A stretch of DNA of 64,000 bases from Gordius albopunctatus. Taxonomy: Eukaryota. How positions within the stretch are numbered: the first letter of the stretch is position 1; every line of letters starts with the position of its first letter. Under the pieces are notes generated by a model. The model was not told the origin of the DNA and ran no database searches. It was given only the letters and a program-made list of their open reading frames with translations. The stretch covers positions 8,246,001 through 8,310,000 of the forward strand of contig OZ193909.1 of NCBI GenBank assembly GCA_964276515.1, in the 5' to 3' direction. A program made the position numbers and the translations under genes. Positions 13,374 to 24,759 of the stretch are shown piece after piece.

Positions 13374-13895
13374 TATTCTGTACGAGGAAAAAAATTTATT
13401 AAATAATACACTTAATTTTGAGGTGAAATGTCTTTTATGCAATGCCAAACTCAAGACTTCTTCTAGATCTTGTTTCACTTTGACTAGGCATCTAAAGGTA
13501 ATCTTGTTACTTATTTTTATTTAATAATTAAGTAAATAAAAAATTTATAGAGATTTTGTTAGTGTTATCAAATTTTATGTGCGAGTGCGCGCACCTTTAA
13601 TACTGGTGCGAGTGCTAGTGCGCGCACCGGATTTTCCTCAATGTGCGAGTGCGGCACCGGGTTTTGAAGTGCGTTTAATAACTCTGCCTATGACTCACTT
13701 TTTAAATTAAATAAAGTTTTAAATAACCCCAAATTTTGCTATAGAATTTTGCATTGCCCAACCCCCTAAAAAATCTAACGTTTTTAAGAAGTTGATATTG
13801 CATTTTAATAGAATAAAGAATGGAAAAAGGCATAGAAAGATTTAAATATATATATGAAATAACAATAAGTTCCGACGAAGGCTTTGATAAAAATT

Positions 13896-16800
13896 TTAAT
13901 GAAAAGATTTTTTAAGCTTGATGGTAAATTTTGTATACATGTAGGGATAATCAGGGCAACAAGGATAATATTTTGTACCCACCGAAGCAAAATTTTCAAC
14001 AATTTCCCATCCAATCTTGGAATCGGGAATATAGCTAGATAGATCTATTTTGTTATCTTTATCGATTAATTCTAATTGAAGCTTCGATGTGTCGTAAACC
14101 CATGATCCAAATGTAAAAGAACACCACCTGGTTAATTCGTGGCTAGTAATTGCCGCTAAATTTTCAGTTTCATTATAATGCTTTTGACATCTCATTTTTA
14201 TTTTCGTAGGGGGAATAAATAGAACATCGCCATTATTTGTAACCACAGTGTATGGTCCTTTGGCTATGTCATAGGCCAGTACTTGGTCTCTAAAGGTAAA
14301 AGAATTTATTTAAACTAATGTTACTACGTGTCTCTTTAAGAGCAAAAAATAATAATAGATTATATTAAATTGTATGGGTAACAGTCATTTGATTATAAAT
14401 TTCATAAATTAATCATATAATTATTTGATCACAGGGATAAAAATAAAACTTAATAAAGTAAAATTTTTAAAAATATACACTTTAATTTGATAAAGTTTTA
14501 ATAAATTAAGTTAATGTTTTAAGTATATCGTATTTCACAAAAAATGGGTACTTCTTAAAAAGAAAGGAATGTAAGTGTAATATCATTTATTACCGAGTTC
14601 GGGTCGGGTTTAGGGTCACCCTTGCAGGGCTCCAATGCACGATGATATAAATGAAAAACTAAACTGCAAGGAAGGAGAAAAATTGATCTAAAAAATCTCA
14701 AAGCCAAGGGCCCAAAATTCCAAAGATTACGAAGAATGCCGGCCAATTAAGTGTCAAAATGGAGAAATACTAAAACATGACAGCCATATACTACAAAGAG
14801 TTTACGACTACTACACCTACATTGAGTTATCAAAAAAAAGGGGCATGTAGTCGAAGATCAGAACCAAAAAATTATAATAGGACAATTAGACACCGTGGAT
14901 TGGATCTCGGAAACGGAGGTCAAAGCTGCTATTAGTAAACTCATGAAGCTCTTGGATCGTAGATCATACCAATAGAAGGCTTTAGCGTTAGATTAATACT
15001 GGTGTCTAAATCCTCGCCATACTTTTCAACAATACCTGAAAACGGGTAAAATTCCTAACGAATTGAAAGATGGCTATATGATACCGATATACGAGATGAA
15101 AGGGGATATTCACAGTTGGGAAAAAGTGATCGAAAAACGGCTTCGGAGTTTATTTAAAATTCGAGAAAACCAATTCGGATTTATGCCTGAGAGGTCTACA
15201 GCAGATGCCCTAAACAGTGTTAGAAGATAAATGGAACGGATTTAGAGAAAGAGAGGAGGATTCGCACATGTGTTTCATCTATCTAGAAAAAGCGTTTGAT
15301 AAAGTCCCTAGGACATTAGTCTCGAGATGTCTTATAAAAAACAATGAACCAGAATTATTCGTCGGCGCCAGATATGCAAAAGGGAAATAGAACGTACGTT
15401 AGAAGAACAGTGGTGAATACTAAGGGTTTTGGGGTCAACATTGGAGTCCATCAAGGTTCTGCTCTTAGTCTCTTCCTATTCATAATGATAATGGATATAA
15501 TTAAAAAGGATTTGGGCGAGGAAGTTCCCTGGGCACTGATCTTTGCAGACTATTTAATCCACTGTGCCAAAAGTGAACAAGAACTGGCTAACACTTTAAA
15601 TAGATGGGTAAATGCAATATAAGAAAGTGGTCTCAGGGTAGAGACCTGCACGGGCGGCCCGAGGCCCGGCCCGGCAAATTTTGACGCTTTAAAATTCCGG
15701 GCCGGGCCTAATTCATAAATAATAGGCCCGGCCCGGTATAATTTAGAAGTAGTAGTCTAAGTAGTCTTTTGTTCTGTTTAAAACAATAATTACAAAAAAT
15801 TCATTAATTACAAGTTATTGATTGATTCATTTTACGCTTTTTCTAATATACAAACAATTGAGTATGGAACAAAAAAAATCTACTCTTAATAGCTGAAAAT
15901 ATTCGGAAAGAATTTTATAAAGTAAAGTAAATCCACACCTACATAAAGTTAAGGATCAACGAGAAAATATAGAAATATTGGAATGGTGGAAAGTACACCT
16001 TAGGGAGATATTCGATTCTAGATTCGGTTCGAATTTGATTCGAAATTTTGAATCAAATCCGAATTCGAATTCTTAGGTCTGAATTTCGACTCGAATATTT
16101 TTACCTGGTGAGATTCGAAAATCGAATGGAATTTTTAAACAGGAATCTGAAAAATTATTTATACTTGATATTTATTTTAAATATACAAGAAGACGAAAAT
16201 AATTAAGCTGTTTTCATCTTTCCGCAAATTAATTATTTTCCTCGATCACTAAATTTAAACTTTATAAGTATACATAAAATATAAAAATAGTACTTTACAT
16301 AGAATATGGGGTTCAACTTCAAAAAAAAATCCAATATTTTTGCTAAAATTTTAGGTGAACTATTATTTAATGTTTATATTATTTTTGTACTTATCCATTA
16401 AACTTTAACATAAATCCTTAAACTATAAATAATATATTTTGATATGCATTAACCTTATGCGCCGAGATTTTATTTATATATATAAACATTCTAGATTTAT
16501 AACAAAACAAGATAATAACCCGTTGTACGGGTACCGAAACTAAATATTAGATAAACTTTAATTAATGCCATCTAAGCGAAATTTTTAATAAGAGACTTTA
16601 TTAATTTAAATAATTTTGATACTGAAGAATAAAAATAAGTTAATGGTTTGGGACCATAAAAAATCATCGAATTTGCAACGTGCAATCATCGTCTAAGTTT
16701 TTGTATATAACAAACAAAAACTGACTAAATATCGATATTTTATCTTTCTTTAATATTTTTATATCCAATCATTGCATTTTTATGAATAAATTCATTTATA

Positions 16801-19800
16801 GCGATATTTAGAAATTAAAAAAAAACTTTAAAAATATTCGAATCGAATTCAACTCTTTAAATTATTTTGAATCGAATTCGAATCCTTATTTTAATATTCG
16901 ACGTCTCGAATTTAATATTTTTTAAAATAAAATTATCGAATCCGAATCGAATACTAAAAATATTCGATTTGATTAGAAATCCAGAGGTGTTGTGGAAAGA
17001 CCACAGTGGTCAATTTCTAGCGCTTAGCTCCCTTGTTTTAAGATTTTTCGACACCTGCTTCATTTGCCTCGAGTGAGAGGTGTTTTTCGTTAGCGGGCCG
17101 GATTTATAAACCGAAAAACAAATTTAAACACGGAAAATTTTGATGCCTGTGTTTTTTGCATCCAAAATAGTTCCATTACCGATTTATAATTATATTACCT
17201 GCGTTTTATTTTTTAATTAAAAATTTTATAAAAATTGAGTTTGATTAAATTCCTGCAATTCTAATAAATTCTGACCGGGCCCGGGCCGGGCCTTGAAAAA
17301 ATCGATTTTGCAGGTCTCTATCTCAGGGTAAATGGTAATTAAAGATCACATGATGACTAAATTTAAATCAGATGAAAATCAGTATGGTGAATGAAATCAA
17401 ATCTCACCGAGTAGAATACACAAACGGAGGAAACGATTGTGGACGACAGGTTCCGTTAACCTAAAATGCGTGCGAAACCAATTACGTCTTCCAAAAAACA
17501 TTCAATTTCGTTCGATATTTACGCCCTAACATGTCACCTAAAGAAAATTTGTTGTCAAAAACTCAGGTCTAAAGACCGTACTGAGAAAGGTCAACACTTT
17601 TGCAGGAGGAAGTTATCTTGAAAAAGCTGGTGTTGTGGGTGGATTCATCTGCACCGCGCTCTTACCCACTCTTCCCTCCACTTCCTTCTCCCCGTAAAAC
17701 TGTTATTGTACAATAATTAATTAATTACCTTCGTATTGTGAGTTCGAACAGTAAACAGATGGGGATAAGGCACAGGTTAAATATCCTTCACACTACTAAC
17801 CTTTTCTCATTCAGAGAATTCTTCTCCTTATATCACTTTTACTTATTTCGACGGGACTTTTACTTTTTTTTCCCATTCGCGCAATATTCCCACCTCAGAA
17901 AAATTCTATTTTGCTCTTGGATCTCCCCCCTTTCAATATATTATTAATGCATGAAGTATCGAAAATTAATTTTGTTATTCATATTAAATATAAATATCGG
18001 GATATAAAAGTGTAATTAAAGGAAATAATAGTATATAATTTGAATATTTCAATCTAAATTGTTAATGGTAATATTTTCTCTAAATTAATTCTTTTTATCG
18101 TTTTAACTTTTGCCATAAACAGAAACCGAATTCGAAAACATATATAATTTTAATTTTTGTATATTGTGGCGTAATGGGTAGAGGTTTAGTCTTTGAAGCA
18201 AGAGCTTGCAGGTTCAATCCCGCCTCTGGCACTTATTTCAGAAAAGATTAAAAATCACATCGTCACCACAGCTGTCAGGCCTGGATAGCCGAGCATCACC
18301 CCTTATCCAAATATCTAAAGAAGTTGACAACCTTAGTGTGACAGACAGCTATTGGAATTTTTTTTATATTCTTATGCTCCCTACACCTATCCCTCCCCTC
18401 GCTCATCTATATGATTTAAGTTTAAGCTATATATAATTATATTCTATTTATGAAATAATTCCATTTTTTGAAAAATAGTTAATTTTAGCTTTAGTTGACC
18501 CAATATGCTTTGGATAATAGCTTCTTTAACAACTCCAAGGAAAAGTTCTGTATCAAACTAGAATAGATAATTAAACTTTCGTAGAGTAATCTACCAATAA
18601 ACTAGTTAGGAAAAAAGAAATAGCTCGATGGAAGATAAATGCCTGCAAGTTTGATTAATGAAAGAAAAAATGATATAATTCTTATTTATTTAAATGTTAT
18701 TAATAATTAAAATAAACATAAGCATATTTGTAATCATGCAAACAACTTTATGTTGTTAATACCTATTATTTAAAAAAAAATTTAAATTTTCAAAATAACA
18801 AAGATAAATTGGCCTAAATTCGGCCAAATTTTATTAATGCAATCCCCATCAAATTTCTAAGCTTATTACCCAAAGAAAAGAACAACATCGGGCGTCCATA
18901 TATCTTGATGCTTGAAACTAAATGTTTTAGCTATTCCATCATAATCAGACGGTGTCCAACGTAGCCTCGCATCATTCCAACTCTTAAAACATAAATAAAT
19001 AACAAATTTGATATAGATAACATATACTCATTTTTTATCAAAAATGTATTAAAGCTCTTAATGAATGCTATAGATGATTTATGCGAAATATGTTAATTAA
19101 ATTAAAAACTTAACGCTTTTTGATAAAATAAACAAAAAATTTATAATTTATTAAATTTGATTTGTCTTCATAGACAGGCCAAATTTTGTGCTTTAAGCAT
19201 CTTTTGACCAAAAATTTTGCTATTTATTTGCATTATTTTTATTCGTTTTTAAATAAAACTAGCCTTAAACACACAAACGACAGGAATCATCGTACTGTTT
19301 AATATTTTCAACTTCAAAATAAAAAATTAAATCGAAATGCAGTTAAATTGACAAAATAATAGATTCCTGCAGGAGTTTCCCGATACCCAACTTGATCCTA
19401 GTGTTATTAGAAACAACTATGATATTTAAAAGGGTTCGTGGTAGGATCAGATTGATTGATTAAAATCAACTTTGATCAAGTGAGTCGGATCACTCTAAAA
19501 TTTCAATTAACTTGTAACTACGCTTATTTAAGATTTATTTCCTATTATCCATTTACAACTCATAAATTTGTTTTTCTTCATAAGCTAATTCTGCTTTATA
19601 GCAAAACAGGGCAGGATTAATACTTGGCTGAGCCATACTAAACAACTTTACCCTTTATCTTACCTAACTTGCGGGTGTATATAATAAAAATTCTACAATG
19701 TGAGCATGGGCATAGCCAGGATTGGATTTAGAGAGGGGGCGATAATGATTTAGGGAGGGCCAAAATGATAATTTTTGGAAATTTTAGTCCTCACTAATAT

Positions 19801-20940
19801 TTAAAAAAAATTTAAAACACCCCTTGGCTAGGCCCATGTAGGTGGATAGGGGGGTAGCGGAAGGATAGGTGTATATTGCAATTCGTAGCACAATTATTAT
19901 AATAATATATAATTATAATATAAGGTTGCTTAACTAACAGTAACTATAATATATTTTTTGTAGTCATATTAGTGTCTGAAGTTATAAATTTCGCTTAGTT
20001 AATCATTTTCTGATAAGCCCCCTACTAACATTCTCATTAATATTGTTTTATAGGTGGCAAAAAACATTCACAAATTTCAAGCGGTTTGGAGCTATTGATC
20101 CATAAAAATGACATTTTGACCAGTTCAGCTATACAACTAGACAACCCAGCAAAAAATTTCTGTTTTAGTTTTTCTATATCTTCTTAGTTGAGAAATATTT
20201 TATAATTTAAGGATGATAAATCTAAAAAAATTTAATTTATTATTATGTAGTGATGTCCTGAAAGACTGATTTCCCTTTAGAACATCCATAACTCGAAAAT
20301 TAGTTGTCTAAATGAGCTAAAACTCAAGAATTTAATAATATTAATAGTTACTTTTTTAAATCGCAAATTTTAATCATTTATTATTTTATAAAAGAGAATT
20401 ACATCATTTTAATTGAATTTTATAATATTCTGAAATGAGGTCGGCTAAAAAGTCGTTTTCATGATAAAGCAAAATTATTTGATAGTTTTTAATTAAATTT
20501 CTAAGCACAGAGAAAAAAAAATACCTAAAATCAAGAATAAATGATTAACTAAAAATATTAAAACGAGTTAAGTTATGACAAAATGCACATAAAAATACCA
20601 GTTTGAAGATAAAGGATCCTTTTAAAATGTTTGATTCTATGCGCTAGAGAATTACGATCAAAGATTTAAAGGACTTTGACTTACAAAATAGTCGATGCTA
20701 AATAATCCTAGCCCAACAGATACATTGAGGGCATCTTTATTTTTTATTATAGGTATGACATCGATATCATAATTTTTTGACAATTTTTCCTTAAGTTTTG
20801 TTTCCGTCTCATACCACGCAGAATGGCTCGCTCCTTGTTAAAATAACAAATGTATAGGTACAATGATTATGTAAGATAAATTAGAAAATCAGCCTACCCC
20901 TAAAAAGGTTGATAAGGCAGATTATTAGTAATAAATTCAT
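13896..20940 (-). CDS. Secreted acetylcholine-binding protein (AChBP)-like / nAChR ligand-binding domain only, 247 aa; exons 20940-20898, 20833-20685, 20643-20599, 18982-18870, 14289-13896
   Basis: Five phase-compatible GT-AG exons total 744 nt with no internal stop. They encode a signal peptide (MNLLLIICLINLFRGASHS), NYDIDVIP, a 45-nt exon typical of nAChR genes, WNDARLRWTPSDYDGI, IWTPDVVLF, FGSWVYD and loop C YYPCCPDYPY, then FTIKLKKSFH* where M1 would begin. Confidence 0.88.
14700..17420 (+). mobile_element. Decayed RTE-clade LINE in intron 4 of the AChBP-like gene
   Basis: RT remnants (NQFGFMPERST, LEKAFDKVPR, GVHQGSALSLFLFIMIMD, WALIFADY) with stops and frameshifts; split by a hAT insertion at 15639. 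Confidence 0.8.
15639..17320 (+). mobile_element. Non-autonomous hAT element with dimerization-domain remnants and an internal TTCGAAT-rich insert
   Basis: TIR TAGAGACCTGCA; 8-bp TSD TCTCAGGG; GGCCCG subterminal repeats; ILEWWKVH and LWKDHSGQFLALSSL remnants. Confidence 0.9.
18165..18312 (+). mobile_element. tRNA-derived SINE-like head (same family as 5951 and 37450)
   Basis: A-box TGGCGTAATGG, B-box GGTTCAATCCC and the shared downstream CACAGCTGTCAGGCCTGGATAGCCGAGC; no RTE ORF follows. Confidence 0.75.
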
Positions 20941-22242
20941 CAGTTGAAATCAGATTTTATAATGTTTTTTAAAGGATAATATAATGAATGCAGCAAGTCT
21001 GTGACCTAAATCTTTCGCGTTTCATTTCAAGCTAGCTGAAATTTGAGCTACATAGTAATTTCCTAGCCAAAATGATATTAAATAGGTTATTAAACTTCAA
21101 TCAACAAATTAAATGATTTATTCCGGCAGATGCATTAACATGGTTTCAGATAAATTGCTTTGGGGGGTTTTGCAATTTACATATAGGCGCATCTTTTAAA
21201 TTTTTTAAAATAAATTTGCATTATACATATTTGGTTACCAGACTCGCTATTCTTTATAATTTTAATAAATTTTGGGGTCAAGTTTCTCTTTGGCTCCCAA
21301 AAATTATCAGCCCTTGCCTCATTTTGAATAAAAAATTGTTTTACCGGCCAAAATTATGAACAAAAAAAAATTTATAAAGCAATATAAAAATTTCATTGCA
21401 CACAAAAAAAAACTAGAAAATAATGCCATGAAAATATCATTGCACTGTGAAACAGCTGAGCCCGAGGAAGAAAAGCTTGTTTTTGTTTCTCAAAATTATA
21501 ATTAGGCCTTAGCCTTAATTTACCCGCACAATGTCCTATAATTTTTAAGTTTGATTAACATGGGCGGCGTAGCCAGGATTTGGAATAGGGGGGAAGGCAA
21601 AAAAATTAAGTGTCAAAAAATTTATAGAATGTTTTTTTGCTGTCCGATTAGTGCCCTCCCCTCAACTAGGGACCTGTAGGCGCACTGGCGGTCCATGGTC
21701 CGATCCGAGGGGCTTTAGGTATCATAGGTTTCAAAATTAGGGCCGGGAACCCTATTATATAAAATAGGCCTAGAGTAACTGACGAAAATGTACAACGTTA
21801 AAAATGACTAACGTCAATTACATATTTCTATTAATTTAAAACCAGTAATGAGTTTCTCGTTAGTGGCGTAGCTTGGGGGCCAAGCCCCCCCAAAGAGCGA
21901 AATCCTGGCCCCTTTGGCCCTATCAATTAATTATTTATAACTTAACTTAATAAATAATAATTTTATTTATTAATTTTTTAAAAGTTTAATCGTTTAATTG
22001 AGCTAAGCGACTTATTTATAAAATTTCCGCTTTGTTATTTTTTAACGCTTAATGAATAAATGGCAAGTAATTAAAACTTAACGTATTTTAAAAACCGTCA
22101 GCTTCAAACAACAGCTTCATTTAAATATGTATGGTATATTATTTGGGATTGAGGCAATACCGTTTTGTAAAAATAAAAAATTTTCTTGTCAATTTACGGG
22201 TTCCATTTTGGACATAAATTTATTTATAATTATACATATACG

Positions 22243-22445
22243 TAGAGTTGTTAAATTGCTAACTTTCTTCAACTCCAGCTACCATCTGCTCAAGTTTCTG
22301 CTCGGCCCTCGAGCATTTTTATATGCTACTGTTCTGCCTAGTGCACCAAACAGCGAGCACATATTGTGTTAACGCGCATATTAAGCAACTCAGTGTGCGT
22401 GCTAGCGTTTGGAGTTTGAAGAAACTTAGCAATTTAATAACTCTA
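22243..22445. mobile_element. hAT MITE (TAGAGTTGTTAAATTGCT family)
   Basis: TIRs and 8-bp TSD CATATACG; second copy at 54486-54687 and a partial copy at about 40560-40700. Confidence 0.9.
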
Positions 22446-22550
22446 CATATACGCTATATAATTTATGTTACCTTAATGTAATCTTTTTATTTACATAGTT
22501 CGTTGTTATTTAACTATGTGCATTATTCATTATAAATTATTATAAATCTA

Positions 22551-24538
22551 CAGGCGCGTAACCAGGATTTTATCTACGGGGGGGGGGAATTTCCAAAAAA
22601 AATTTATAACATTTTTATTTCAAAATCAAAATTAAATAATCTGGTATAAAACATAAAGAAAATCATTATAAATAATTTAATATTTTCTTTTTCCCAGCGT
22701 CATCTGGTGATGGCCATTTTAGAGCTCTTTTAAGGTACCGGTGCTACTACTTAAGTCATCACTTTCAAAATTAAATTATATCAATTTGTAATGACCTAAT
22801 TGGTGTGCTCGATATATTGATTGACTCTTCTACATTAACAATAAAAGAAGATTTTTTATCGTTTGTGCCAGTTTGTACGACTGGAAGAGGGCTAGGCGAC
22901 TTAATTATAAAGAGCATAAAAGATCTCAATATAAATATAAATTTGTTAAGAGGCCAGGGATATGATGGAGCCAGAAATAGGAGTTGAAATGTTGTCAGAA
23001 ATGGAAGATAAACCAAATAAGGAGAAATTGAAGCAAGCTGGTATGATCACGATGTTGCAACAGAAGCTGCAACTTTAAAGCACCTAGATCTTCAGCAAAT
23101 TAGACAGTTAGCAGAAATTTTAGTAATAGTAGTCGAACCTAAGGCTAAGTTGTATCATTTTGAACTTAAGAAACCTTAATATGCAAAGAAAATGAACGGT
23201 TTTTGGAAAAGAAACAAGTTTTAGCAAATTTTTAAATAATATTACCTCTGAATTCTTTGATTGTTTTGCCAGAAACGCGAATGAAAATAAATTATAGAAG
23301 GATTTCGTTCAAAGAATCCCTTGGACACCATAACAGATTATAAGATATTGTAATCTTTGCCCAACATCACAACTCTTCTTTTTAGCTTTTATATAAGAAA
23401 TACTATCTCAAAAAATAGATGAAATGGAGTGGCCCTTTTTTTACCATTTTTATTTCAACATTAAAATTAAATAAAGAAAGTAATTATAAAATAATTTATA
23501 TTTTCTTTTTCCCGGCGAAAATATCTCAAGAACTTCATCTGGAGTCGGAGCTAATTCCCGATGAATCGCTAAAAGAGCCAATCCATTTAATCTATTTTTC
23601 GACATAGTATTTCTTATATACGTTTTAAGCCCCCTCAACGTTGAGAAACTTCTTTCATTGGTGCATGTAGTGATAGGTAGACAAGCTAATAGGTAAAGAA
23701 GAGTTGTGATGTTGGTTGGGTAAAGATTCCAATATTTTATAACCTGATAGGGCGCCCAAGGGATTTTTTGGGCGAAATTCTTCTGACTTCTGAGACAACG
23801 CCATATACCTTACATCAAATTCTGATTTTAGGTCTTCATTTGTCCCCTTAAGATCATTGGAATAAAAGTCCCATAGAAAGTTTATTTTCATCCGCATTTC
23901 TGGCGAAACAATCAAAGAATTCGAAGAAAATAATATTTGGAAATTTGCCAAAACTTGTTTCTTGTCCGCGAACCGTTCATTGAGTTGTAGAATGAACATA
24001 TCGAGCAAAGGTATAAGAATAGTGATTTTCTAATAATCCTCAATGGATTCAGTTAAAATATTACTTCGATAAGTTTGTTTCTTTGCATATTGAGGTTTCT
24101 TAAGGTCAAAATCATACAACTTAGAATTAGCTTCGGCTACTAAAAAAATTTTCCGAAACTCTTCATCAACATTGTTTCTTATTAATTTCATTTGATTTAC
24201 TAAAGCTTAGGCTAAATGTGTGACTTGCTGAAGATCTAGATCCTTTTTTTGCAATTGCTTGCATAATATGAAGAGTTTATCTAGGCATAGAAGGGAAATA
24301 ATATATTGACATTGTCTTGCAGCGTTTCATATCGCAAAAGGAAAACAACAATAATAGTCAATAGTCTTTTTGTCGAAATTCTATTCAAAAATAAAGTATA
24401 TATCGGTATATATTTAATAAATTGCATTGCATAGCAATTAATAAGTGTCTTACTTGGTCAGTTACGTTGCACAACTATAAAATATAAACATTAGATCTAG
24501 GGGGAACTGGAATTCCCCCCCTCTAATTTACGCCACTG
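22551..24538. mobile_element. Two decayed hAT transposase fragments (ZMYM1/PRKRIR-like) in opposite orientation
   Basis: Plus strand: GHFRALLRYR and LRGQGYDGA. Minus strand: LDMFILQLNERF...LKTYIRNTMSKNRLNGLALLAIH. 23080-23420 is the reverse complement of parts of 23590-24240. Confidence 0.75.
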
Positions 24539-24759
24539 TAAATCTATAATAATTAAAAGAATAAAAATTTCCTTACGGTAATTTAATTAATTCTTAAAAA
24601 TCCTAATTCCCAAACGCGCGAGTTCACAGAAAGATATATATAATGCGGACCTGAATTTCTGACAGCATACGTTTTTTTCTGGTAGCTTGTTTCGCATATA
24701 TATCGAAATCGACGGCCAACAATTGATCACGTTAATCTGGGCTCGTTGGGTTCAGGATA

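Larger units (their letters stand above)
11131..13686 (+). mobile_element. Non-autonomous hAT transposon with BED zinc-finger remnant, hosting nested insertions
   Basis: TIR CAGAGTTGTTAA/TTAATAACTCTG; 8-bp TSD CCTATGAC; GTGCGCGCAC subterminal repeats; BED-finger remnant VKCLLCNAKLKTSSRSCFTLTRHLK at about 13420-13497. Confidence 0.85.

Noticed and set aside
13805..14014. Hydrophobic overlapping ORF as a possible frameshifted M1 helix of the receptor
   Set aside because: No resemblance to the nAChR pre-M1/M1 motif (RRxPLFYxxNLIxP), and no M2-M4 sequence follows. AT-rich 3' UTR composition explains it.
19624..19645. Minus-strand LVWLSQ followed by GT, resembling the nAChR loop D exon
   Set aside because: An in-frame stop lies just upstream and it would need a ~26-nt intron. 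The 45-nt exon at 20643-20599 already fills this position in the correct phase.
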